Source of the DNA: Octopus vulgaris
Taxonomy: Eukaryota
NCBI GenBank assembly: GCA_951406725.2
Contig: OX597825.1
Span: 39,060,001 to 39,124,000, forward strand
DNA: 64,000 nucleotides
Direction: 5' to 3'
The translations under genes and the position numbers were made by a program. The notes beneath the pieces were generated by a model. It ran no database searches. It saw only the letters and a program-made list of their open reading frames with translations, and was not told the DNA's origin. Below, piece by piece: positions 52,031-64,000 of this stretch (position 1 is the first letter of the stretch; every line of letters starts with the position of its first letter).

Positions 52031-54062
52031 CCAAATATTAAAGTATTAAAATGTTTTCTACAAGTTTGTCATATTCACGTTCTTTTGCGATAAGCTACTT
52101 TTAAAAATAGTTTAATTCAAAATTAGCTTCATTAAATACCAATATCGAAATTAGTTGCAGCTCTTTCTATATTGATAGAGCTGTAGATAAATCCCTAGTA
52201 ACTGGGTGCAAATATCCGCTTCCTTATTTACATCAATTGATTTTTAATACAACATGCTACAAAGAGGTTTCTATGTAAAAAATCAATGTGAGTAGCGGTG
52301 ATAGCTTTCCCGATAGCTTTCTTAGAATGCTTTCCGATACCATAGATTCCTTTCGTTGTTTTCCAGACACCTTGGCGTGTATATAACAGAAATATATAGA
52401 TAAGAGTTTATGAGATGTTGCACAGATAATTCGTCAGTCGAATTCGAACAGAAAGTAATTACACATTTGTTATATATATTTTTTCACGTGTACGCTCACA
52501 TGTATCACGTAATTTTTTACATAGCGTCAGTAAATAAATTAAGTTGAATGTTTCCTTAGGGAAAGTAGCTTTACCCAGGTGGGGTTGTTGTTAATTAAAG
52601 GGAGATAACGGAGAAATGTTTTCAGCATTACAAGTTAGGAATTAAACGTTAGTTCTGAAGCGCGCACACATGCACACATACGTACGCACCTATATGTATA
52701 CAGGTATAAAGTAAAGCAGAGCATATTTAGTGCGCTATATGTAAGTACGTATGCATGCGTATATATATGTGTACGTATTCATGTGTACATGTATATATAG
52801 ATAGATAGTTTCGCCAAAGATATGAATAGCATAGAATCGGATAATTTGATGCATCCAATTAGGAATTATGGTAGCTCCCCTATTGACCTAAATCAGAACA
52901 AAATAATTCCAAGATAAGTTGAAAAATCTCAGGAAGTTATTAGTGATTTGCAGGGAACTTAAACACTTATTATCGCTCAGTATAAGCATTCATAAAACTG
53001 ATATATTTAGTAGAAATTAAATAGATATATTTGGCGCAATCTCCTGATGTAGATACGTATCATAACAAAAAGCTATATTTTTGACATTAATCTGAAATTT
53101 AAACACATATAATTTATATTTCAATATAAGACGACAGTAGAAGGCCTTCAAATATAATGTTCTAAATTCTATTATTGTTTTTCTTCAAATTTTAAATCAT
53201 AATATATTTTTTAATTTGATAACATCATTATTTTCAGATAAACCAAAGCAATTAAGTGGATCACATTAAAATTCAGTTGTTATTAAGGTTCCCTTTTATA
53301 GAAAATCCGAGTTCTGTTCTATTAAAATAACAGAAATAAACACAAAGATAGAAAGAGATTATTTTAATTATTCTTCCATTTCTTTTCACTTAGAATGGAG
53401 CAAATTAACTAAAATATTTTGAACTGAGATTTCGATATGTTTCGCAATATCTCTCTATTTAAAAGTCTTAGTAATTACAGTCGTCGTCAATTGAATTTTT
53501 ACTATAATAAATTTTACTTTAGATCGTCAATGCTACAGCTTCTCTCCTAATGCTTAACTCGTATATGATAACTATCTGTGTTAGCTATAATTATATATTG
53601 CTCCAGTATACACTTGAAGGCCACATTTCATTTTAGTCTGATATTTCATTTAGTCTTATGAAAGACGAAGACATATCAACTCAACATCAATTGGTTAATT
53701 GTGGACATTACATAGCTGTTTCGAATTTCTGTCTGATCGAAAAACACTTGCTTTGATTCGTAATTCTGGGTGCATGTGCACTCACATTTGTAAGCATGCA
53801 GTTAAGTGACAATTATACCACTATATACCTTACAATGGAACATGAACTGTTATAAACTACGGTAAATTCCATACATGCTATGTAACTCAGCTACAATTCC
53901 TGCGTATTTTATGGAATATACTATTATCAATTCGAACTCTATCATTCAAAAAAGGGATTGTAGATTACTGATTCATTAATAACAATGAATTACTGGTTCA
54001 TTTCTTAATATTACTATTCTATATTTTTGAGATGGAGATGTGTCCGCATCTAATTTATTGTT

Positions 54063-54104
54063 ACCACATTTCAGGTGATATACTCTCTAGTCTTCATCAG
54101 GTGT
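54063..54104 (-). ncRNA. Degenerate hammerhead downstream of a tRNA-like head
   Basis: Minus strand: acac-CTGATGA-agactagagagtatatcacct-GAAAT-gtggt. The stem III/stem I 3' side is eroded. Confidence 0.5.
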
Positions 54105-54195
54105 CCTGGTAGAATTTTGAACCCAACGCTGGGTTCTCCTTCCTTTCTTTTCGCTGAATTTATTATCATTATTTATTACCATTATTTGTTCAATT

Positions 54196-54264
54196 CCACT
54201 GCCTGGAATTGAGCTCGCACTCTTGGAGCTAGTAGCTCGCACACTTAACCATTACGCTATATGC
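54196..54264 (-). mobile_element. tRNA-like Pol III head
   Basis: Minus strand: gcatatagcgtaatggttaag (A box)...gagctcaattccaggc (B-box-like). Confidence 0.65.
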
Positions 54265-55170
54265 TCGTGGGCAATCATAGAATGAATGTGTAGAGCTTAT
54301 AAACCTAATACGGTTCCCATATCCTAATCTTAGTTGCACTAGGTCTGCTTACGAGGTTATTGTGTCCTAGCTGCCTTTTTTAGTCTGGAGGTGAAGAAAA
54401 AAGCTTGGTTATTCTGCTAAAATTCTGTATAAATATCAAAATGTAATTTCTGATGAAGTTTTCACTAAGCAATACACGTTTTTTTCCCTATCAAATACTA
54501 TCAACATATTCATTCTCTATATATGCTTATATACAATCATGAATATTGATGAACTTATAAATAATTATGAATTAATTTTCCTACATATTTTGAACACTTT
54601 CATGTAAACACTTTAAACACAAAGAACCTCTTAACATTTTGTTATTATTGTCAAATACTCTACCAACGTATGTTTTTATACATCTATGTTTTTAAAACCA
54701 GAAAGGCTAAACAAAGTCTTACATTTAACCTTTGAAAACCTCTTTTTAAAATAAGTTAAACCGGTGATGTCAATAAACATCTTTAAAAGATCTTTACATT
54801 TTCAAATCCTCTTCGCTGTATATTTTCACTCGTGCGATACGTTACAATATTCATTTGTTATATATAAATATGTATATATATATATATATATGACTAATAT
54901 GTCAGTCTGTCTGTCAAACTGTATATATTTGCATCATTAAATTCTAGAACTACCTGACTAATTTGATTCAAATTCTACACGTGACTTACGTAGCGATCTC
55001 TTACGTCGTAAGCTATTTCAGTATTACGTGTCAAACGTGAAACAATAACATCTCTATATATATAATAATGTATATATGTATATGTATGCATATGTATATA
55101 TGTATATGTGTACATATATATGTATATATATGTATGTATGCATATATATGTATATACGCATATATATATC

Positions 55171-55205
<35 letters not shown>

Positions 55206-55421
55206 GAGAAATCAACGAAACTGAATATTGCAAATAGAAAAAGGCTCTTTATGACAGGTAGTGACAAATATATACATTTAGATTGACTGATGTAGTAATA
55301 CGAGTCATAAAGGTCATTATTAGGAGATGATTATAAGATGATAATAAAGTAAGAGAACAAAACGATGAATAGCCTTCGCGTAAACCACTGGTTCGTTTTG
55401 TTCTCTTACTTTATTATCATC

Positions 55422-55475
<54 letters not shown>

Positions 55476-55480
55476 ATCTA

Positions 55481-56697
55481 CAGAGTTGGACAAAGTAATG
55501 GACACACCTTAAACCCTGAAAGAAATTTATTTTAATGTGGTGTAGGACCACTTTTGATTTTAATTACAGCTTGAATTCTAAGAGTTAAAGACGTGTACAA
55601 TGCTTGAATTGTTTGCAAAGGAATGTTTGTCTATTGTTTAGCTAAATGACCATCCAGTCTTTGTAGTGATGATGCTGCGGGATATCGACTCTTTACTTGC
55701 TTTTCTAAAATGCACGATAAACGTTCAATATTATTGAGATCTGCGGAATATGGTGGCTAGGTAAGATGTTGAGCTTCATTAAAATGATCCTCGTGCCAGC
55801 ACGTAACAACTTTAGCTGTGTGAATTGGTGTATTCCACAAACAGAATGGTTTTGTTCAGATAAAATGCTTAAAGAATCCTCACTATTATTTCTGCCATGA
55901 AGGGAAACCACTGGACCGGCGGATTTCCAAGATACAGCCCCACCTCCAGATCCTCATAGATCCTCCTCGATAATTCACAGTCAGATGGAAAAAGGCAGTC
56001 TGGGTCAGATGCTTCTTATGGAGATTTCCACACGTATACTCAACCGTTGGTCTGAATTAATGTAAATGATTATTCGTCCGAGAAAATCTAGGGATCAATT
56101 CTGTAGGTTTTTATTCTATTCTAAAAGCTTTGCAACGTTTGTTTTTGAAACTAGTGGTATTCTGTTTGCAGCGCCCCTGTGAAGTCTGGCTTTGTTAGGC
56201 TACCGGCGAAATCTTTCGTGGAAACTGGGTTCTCGAGGTGGTCATTAAGCCCTACAGTAATTTTGGGAGTTGTACTTTTGTATTCCTTTCGTTGCATAAC
56301 TGTCTGGTGGTCCCTATCTGAAGGTTTCGGTTTTCTTCCGGAGTTTTGACTCAACGAGAATGTCTTTCCCTCTTTCTCAAAAGCTGTCATTACTTTCGAA
56401 ACGGTACTCCTTGATACACCAAACATTTCAGCTATTTTTGTTAAGCCAGCGCCTGCTATACGAGCAGCAGCGGTTTGACCTCTTTGAAAGTCCGATAGAT
56501 CTGTAATGTTAACGGATTTTAATTAGCTTTTTCTGATGATATCTGTAAAGAGACACCAATTGTAGCAAAATATATTAAGCAACACTAATAATAAATCAAA
56601 AAGCATAAAAATAAACAACGTTTCCACGGTTTTATAGATATTTCAAAATTATGATGCTATGATGCTTGGTTTCTTCCATTATTTTGTCCAAACCATG
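55481..56697 (-). mobile_element. Decayed Tc1-like transposon
   Basis: TIRs ta|cagagttggacaaagtaatgga and tccattattttgtccaaaccatg. Peptides FGVSRSTVSKVMTAF..SGRKPK and DLNNIER. Confidence 0.88.
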
Positions 56698-56742
56698 AAT
56701 GTGTGTGTATATTTATGTATTTGTGTATATATCGATATATAA

Positions 56743-56782
<40 letters not shown>

Positions 56783-56880
56783 ATATATATATATATAAAC
56801 AATTGCAGCGGGGAAGGTGTTTGTAAGCCATTTAAGAAGCACACAAAAGCCGTTCGGTTCACTTCAACATTTAAGTTTAA

Positions 56881-56930
56881 TTTGTCAAAATATTTTCGTC
56901 GCTGAAATCCGCGACCTGTTCACTGACAAA
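56881..56930 (-). ncRNA. Type I hammerhead with swapped G3-C8 core
   Basis: Minus strand: tttgtca-GTGAACA-g-gtcgc-ggatttca-gcgac-GAAAA-ta-TTT^tgacaaa. 7-bp stem I and 5-bp stem II. Confidence 0.72.
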
Positions 56931-57119
56931 AATCCGTGCTGCATCGAACGGCTTTTGTGTGCTTCTTCCACCCTGCAATTGTTTTCGTTCCAGCACACGA
57001 TCTCAGATCAAATCACTTGCTATGCGAGTACATCTCCCTAATATATATATATATATATATAAATATATATATGTATGAATGAATATGTTTCTTTATAGAT
57101 ATATATATATGCATATAAA

Positions 57120-57560
57120 TCTCTTATTATAAAAGGCAGATTTTATCTGCCTCCCTTTGTATCTTATAGAAATCTACAATATAGGATTTCTTCAATTACA
57201 ATTTACCTAGCATTGTTAAGAGTAGAATGCATGGGGTCATGCCAGGTCTAGTTTTTAAAATTTAAACTCCAATTAAGCAAAATTTACAGAAAACTCACAT
57301 TCTGGTGTGTATGTCAAATGCTTTTCTTAGTCTGGTTTACAGCACACGCAAACGCACACACACAGTGTGCTACGAATAAAGTGAAAGTAATTCAGTGTGT
57401 TGACAGGTAGACAATAGAATGCGGTGACGATGGCGATGTAATATTTGTTTCTGTCTATGACGCTGATAGATACATGAGTAAAATGTATGGGAAGCTAAGA
57501 CATAAGAGTGAGTGAAAATGTTCTTGGAAGAGAGTAAATAGCAAGAGAGAGTGATTTGAG
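57120..57560 (+). mobile_element. Probable Helitron 5' fragment
   Basis: A|TCTCTTATTATAAAAGGCAGATTTTATCTGCC resembles a Helitron 5' terminus. No 3' CTAG end was seen. Confidence 0.45.
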
Positions 57561-57680
57561 GAAGACTTTACATTAAATAACCGTAGTGGCTTGTGTTAGT
57601 AATAAAGTAAACATACACTCATACATACATACATACATACATACATACATACATACACACACACATACACACACATATAC

Positions 57681-57711
<31 letters not shown>

Positions 57712-58046
57712 CATACATACATACATATACATACATACATACATATACATACATACATACACACACACACATACACACACACAGTATTGAAGCTTGAGAA
57801 CAATCAGATACATTTGCAACACATCTGTTGAAAATATTATTGTTCACACACATACATATACATATATACATACATACAGACAGACAGATAGACACACACA
57901 CACACACACACACGCACACACACATGATCCAGCATGGCCACAACCTCAAGGCTGAAACATATAAAAGAATAACAGAATATAAATGTGTGCATGTGTGTGA
58001 GAGAGAGAGTGTGTGTGTGTATGTATGTATGTATGTATATATATAT

Positions 58047-58645
58047 ATAATAATGCGGTTTTTTCAACAGCTTGAACTAAATGTCAGAGGGGAATGGGAT
58101 AAACTACTTATATTAACTTGCTATAAAAGCAGGTAGTAATTTTCTCTTGTCCTTATTCATAGTGCAAGTTTTGAAGAGTGCATTTCGATTTTAACAGCTA
58201 TTTTTTTCAAAGCTATGTTGGAAGTAACAAAGGAGCATATTTGGCATATTTTGCTTTATGAGTTCAATAAAGACAACAACGCAACGGAAAGTACAAGAAA
58301 TATTAATGCAGTATATGGGGATTGGACAATAAGCGTAAGGCAGTGTCAATGGTGGTTCCAGAAATTCCGAGCCATAAACTACAGCCTAGAAGACGAGCCT
58401 TATCCTGAAAGATCTGTAGAACTCGACAAGGACATCCTGAAAACCCTGGTGGAACAAAATCTCATCGTAACTGTTGAGGAACTAGCAGAGAAGCTTGGAT
58501 TTGGTCATTCAACCATTCATTGAGACCTGTGTGCTATCGGAAAAGTCAGCAAATTGGGTCAATGGGTTCCTCACGAACTTTCCGAGTCTAATTGCATGCA
58601 GAGAGTGAATGTATGATTTTCTTTGCTGTCACATCTCACCACTAC
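58047..58645 (+). mobile_element. Mariner 5' fragment (HTH domain)
   Basis: ORF 58215..58523 (HILLYEF..NATESTRNINAVYG..WFQKFR..LEDEP), followed by a WVPHEL motif. Confidence 0.9.
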
Positions 58646-58658
58646 TGCGCTATGTATA

Positions 58659-59132
58659 TCTATATATATAAAACTGTAGTTGTGTGAGTGTCTGTCCCCT
58701 TCGATTTAGATTCCTAACTACTCCCACATTTTGCGGTGCAGTTTAACCAAATTCGGGTAGCTTATAGTCGTGATTCATATCTAGCCCGTCTGAGTATTAG
58801 CGCGCGTCTACGATGAGTCTACGATTTTAAAAAATAATTTAACATCATTTTTTATTCCATTTTAATGCATAATTTTTCGTGTGTCGATGGCGGCGGAGTT
58901 GGCGTCCACGCTCACACCTGCACCTGTGGGGAAGGGAGTGTAAGGAAATCAACGTCGTAATGCGTTGTCAAGGAGACCAGCGTTCTTTTAGAACAACGAC
59001 TTCATGGCTTGAAGACACCAAAACAGAAATGGCTAAGAAAGCGTCTACATGAGTCTACGATTTAAAAAAAAATTACCATCGTTTTTTTTCCATTTTAATG
59101 CATTTTTTTCGCTATTATATAAGGGAAGTAAC
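58659..59132 (+). mobile_element. Non-autonomous Helitron (same family as 46561), 3'-truncated
   Basis: Near-identical to 46561-46970, starting at A|TC. Confidence 0.85.
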
Positions 59133-59141
59133 ATATATACA

Positions 59142-59510
59142 TAGGTGCGAGCGTGGCTCGTGTTAAGAATCGTCCTTCCCAATCGTATGATTTCGCGTTC
59201 AGTTTGTGGTCATGTAACTACTACTGTAGCCTTGGTTCGACCAAAGCCATGTCAGTTGATTTAGTTGACGGTAACTGAAAGAAGTCGGTTCTCTAAATGT
59301 ATATATTTATGTGTATGCATTTGTGTCTCTGTTGTTACACAACCTAACGCTTAAAGCCGAGGTTTTTGTGTTTACGTCCGCGTAACCTAGCGCCTCAGCA
59401 AAATATATCGATAGAAATGGCAAAATGCTTACAAAGAATAAATCTAGGGGTCCATTTCTTCGACTAAACGACGGTGCTCCAGCATGGTTACACTCAAGTA
59501 ACTAAAACAT
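59142..59510 (+). mobile_element. Degenerate tRNA-derived SINE (family of 28540)
   Basis: ctactgtagccttggttcgaccaaagcc...gacggtaactgaaagaag...ggtgctccagcatgg. Confidence 0.7.
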
Positions 59511-59612
59511 GTAACAAACTAATGGAGTAATATATATATTTATATGTATATATATATATGTGTATGTGTGTGTGTGTGAGTGTGTGTGTGTGTGAGTGTA
59601 TGTGTGTGTGCC

Positions 59613-59659
<47 letters not shown>

Positions 59660-59695
59660 GAAGGTTTGAAAATGCAATTTTAATGAAGTTTATTC

Positions 59696-59736
59696 ACTTG
59701 ACCGGTTTCAATTTTTAGAAAAAGATTGTCAAAAGT
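59696..59736 (-). ncRNA. Minimal type I hammerhead with U3-A8 core
   Basis: Minus strand: actt-TTGACAA-tctttttctaaaaatt-GAAAC-cg-GTC^aagt. Palindromic ACCGGT. Confidence 0.65.
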
Positions 59737-60682
59737 AAAATGTAAAGCTTTGTATAAGCTTTGTTGTGTTTCAATACTGGGTGCCATATGTTATTAAAAT
59801 GTATATATACATTCTTTGATAAGAATAATAAAGTGTTAAAAACAGTTTAGAAGAAAGTATTTAAGAAAATATTTCCCAAAATGTATTAGGATTTCAATAA
59901 AAATCATGTTTTTTTCGCAGTAGTTATATATACACAGAAATATACTCATGAAATATGAGTGTGCGTATGATTGTGTGTGCGGGCGTGTGTGTGCACGAGT
60001 GTCAGTTCTTTGCATGCGTGTGTGTGACTTTGTGTCTGTGCTTCTCCTCAACAACGGCTTCACAGCCTCTTTTGGATTGTTTACTTCTGCATATCCCATT
60101 AGTTCCCCAAGAGTACGATAGAATAAGTACCACGATTAAAATAAGATAGATATTGGGGTCGCTTTATTGGGTTAAAAATTATTGGAAGCTGTGCTCCAGC
60201 ATGAACACAACCTAATGCTGGAAACAAGGAAGTAATGGAAGAATTTTATGACCACTATCAAATCTCATTCTTCAAGTATGGTTGCACTCATTGTAATATC
60301 TGTAACAAATGGTAATTATTTATCGTAGATACAGAAAGCTGATATATTGTGGTACATGTACAAAGGCATTGGACAGCATATCTAAAAGTAATAACGGCTT
60401 TTATCTCATAAGAAAGCTGTTGTTTATTTTGATGTCTCCTTCAATGAAGTAAGATTATTAGTGAAATACAAACGTAATACGTATATCTACATGGAAATAT
60501 ACATACGGTGTTATGTAAACACACATATAGATATGTGTGGATGTATGTAAATGTACTAATACATGTATATGTGCGTGTTAATATGTTTATATAGCCATCT
60601 GTCCCTCGTAGCCTCTCTCTGTATCTGTATCTTTATACATACATATATACATAAATATATATATTTATATATGAATGCATAT

Positions 60683-60805
<123 letters not shown>

Positions 60806-63800
60806 GTACATTTATGTCTCTTTCAGAGACATATACATACAAATTTCAATCACACGCAGATATATAAATTACATATGTATGTAATTTATATTTTAGGTAT
60901 TAGAAATGACTTTCCGATCCTAATTAGTTTATGTTATATTTATTTTATTTACTTTCATAGTATTAGTAAACAAAGAAATTATTTCCTAATAGACACATCG
61001 ATAGATCTAAAGAGATTGTTTATCGTAATGACAACACAATTGAATTCGTATTCAATTTCAGATTCTCGGTTATACGACCGTATAATTTACATCTTTTTCT
61101 CTCTTTTTAAATACAATATTTGTTTATATATTGCACAGCAATAGTATCACAATCACCAGCGCCTGCAAACGTAGATTGGCAACGTTTGTTTGATTCGGTG
61201 ATTCATTCTTCATTGAGTATGCATTAAAATATCTTATTGACTGTAGTCGTTAAGAAATAAATTTGCAATCTCAATGGAAGTATGTATGCCTGTGACACAA
61301 CTTAGACTCAAATCTGTATTAGACTAGTATGAAGTGTGTATGTTAGTCCATAACAGGCGCCATGCAATGGTTTCGATGTTTTATACCTTATGACTAAGAC
61401 TTTTTCTCAATGAAGAACTGTAGTGGAATTGAAATTGTTATAGGAGGTAATATGTCTGAAAGATATTTGAACTGAACAGATGATTTGGTTATCCCACAAC
61501 ACTGCTTTGTGTGCCAACCATGTTTTTAATGATTATGAATTTAATGACGTATAAATTCCGTGTAAAATGAAGTCAATTGATATCGGTTTTCAACAAGTAT
61601 CTTGTAATTCACACAAAACTAAACCTCGATCATCTCATGCATGAAATATACTACCATAATTTGTGGGTGTAATTTTCCAGGCAGATAAAAATATCGAGAA
61701 AATAATGATACTCTCTCATGTCCAGTGCAAATACTCCACTTTAAATAAATTCAACTACACTTTCAACTTTTCCCGAGATAATTTCGTATCAGTATGTAAA
61801 GCAATTATACACAAGAGGACAGAATGGTTTTAGAGTCAATGCACAAAGTACAGCATACTAATTGATATACAGGAGAAATAATAGGAGATAGAAATTTTCT
61901 TCTCAAACTTCTAAGAAATAATCAACTCTAATAATGTTAACATAGCAAAAGTATATCCTCTTAATTTTATTCAAATACTACAAGTGTCGTCAACAAATGT
62001 AAGATATGGAACTTCATACCATGTTTCACGTTAAATTTAAGTTTCAATGATGAAAAATAACGTATAAGGGTACCTATATACCATCATTCCGAAACGTCCC
62101 TGTAATTAATTAGAAATCGATAAGAAACCTATATTAACAATTCTGATGACGTGATATGGAGTGTAATTAATCTACAGGAAAAATAAAATTGCGTCCCATT
62201 TTGCCTTCTAACAACGGCTTCACTCCATAAATTCTACATATGTATGGAAGAAATTCTAATTCATTTTGAATGACTTCGAAATGCGCTACACTCAATATTC
62301 TCTTTCAATACATAACCATAAATGTTTAAGCAAGTATATTTTATTCTGCTGTGCCTAATGTCATGATTGAAATACTAAGAGATCTCAAGTGAATATCTCT
62401 TACCGCATTACATCTCACTGTCTCAGTGTTGCTCAGTCTGCTATGACGATTCAATATAATGTAAAAATACGGAGTTACATTCTAGACAAAAAGCACAAGC
62501 CAGTCTCTGATGTTGATTAAGTCTAATCGAGCAGCATATTAGCTCAGATCGTCTAGCAGAGCACATGCTAGATCTTTGAAAGTAATCAATATAGGAGTAT
62601 GCTCTCGAAATTTATGTATTTTCTATTACCAAGGATATCTTTTTAAATTGGTTTGCATTTCTATGAAGCTGACCTGCCACGCAAAGGAGTATTTTCCAGG
62701 AACAAAACTTTGCAGAAGTATTTCATTTTGCACATTCGATGGACAAATATATTTTATCTTGTTTTCAATCGGATCTAATGTGCTTGCGCTTTATAATTCC
62801 TCTTCCTTGTAGCGGAAAAGACTCACAAATATCTGTGAAATGTACAGATTACAATATATTGAACGATGCACGTAAGAAATTTAAACTGCTTGGTAATAGA
62901 TTAATTTATTTTTATTTAATCCACGAGAGAAAAAAACATCTATCAAAGCAACTGTCAGTGGCATGATAATAAATCTTTTAAATATTAGTTTCGAGGAAAT
63001 TGCAAAAATTAGGAGGTATGGCAGTTATTTTATTGTTTATTTTTCTGTGAACTTAAGTTTCAAATATTAGTGTCCTAGAAAGAGATTATGTAATAATATA
63101 TCTGATGTTGTCTAAAGCTGAAATTTCATTTGCTTAACATCGTTATATACTAATTAATATTATTTTATACTAAATTAGATACTGAAAATAGTACGGGTTG
63201 TTTTGTTTATCTAATCTAACATCTGTATTCTGATACCATATAGTATTCTGATACCATATAGTTTTCAGATAACGTGAGTGTTTAATGGGGAGAGACAACG
63301 TTTCAGATATATTCCGGCAAGATAAAAGCTATTTCTGATACACTATCGAATAAAAGCTCTCACTATCTCTTACGATGGTATCTTTCCTAGGGACTGTAAG
63401 TAATCTTGACAGAGAATACATAAACTGTATCTTTCACGGAAAAATCATGCATTATGACTTATTCCATACACAAGTTGCTAAGCTATTGCTCTATTCATCT
63501 AGCCCATCGTAGGTATTCTTAAGTAATTCAACTCTGTAAACGGTGGCAATAGCGATTGTACATGAGATTTCCTTGGAATTATTTGAACTTGTGATGCAGA
63601 AAAAATCTATTTTTCACGATAATATCAACAAGGGAACAATTACATTTTAGGTACGTTTACATACATTGCTTAATATGAATATTTAGCGGATTTAAGTAAC
63701 ATAAAATAATTTAAGGAATCTAGCCATGAAACTATGAATGTCAAATTCATTTACATACGCATATGTATCTTCGTATATTTTTCCATGCATTCAGCAAATA

Positions 63801-64000
63801 ATTAAGCACATCGGCATTACAGTTTTCTAATTTCTTTGAAATCCTTCTAAGTGGCATGTAAAAGTCATGTACTAAGCCTATTTCCCATACGTCAGTGCTT
63901 CTTGTCTGCAAAATATTCCTGTATTTGCATTGATCCCTCTCAGGTTGCGTCTGTGTTGTTTTATATAAAGATATGTTTATATATATATATATATATAAAT

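Overview
AT-rich, microsatellite-dense metazoan DNA. The SINE families and repeat content suggest a cephalopod such as Octopus (inference). No host protein-coding gene can be supported, and most listed ORFs are microsatellite artefacts. The window is a patchwork of decayed mobile elements: several Penelope-like retroelements (RT and GIY-YIG), an R4/Dong-type LINE sitting in a (TAA)n tract inside a Penelope element, five mariner copies, Tc1 and maT-like DNA transposons, a degenerate RepHel Helitron plus non-autonomous Helitrons, a CR1/L2-like fragment, tRNA-derived SINEs, and a 2-kb ORF1-only L1/Tx1-like element inserted into a SINE head with a 15-bp TSD. The main unexplained signal is a dense set of type I hammerhead ribozyme (HHR) motifs, about 15 copies from about 10 unrelated repeat families. 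They sit in tandem and inverted (fold-back) units embedded in (TA)n. Their cores show compensatory variation at the 3-8 pair (C-G, U-A, G-C) and a recurrent U4C variant. One HHR lies just downstream of a tRNA-like Pol III head. All ribozyme calls were made by eye and are untested.
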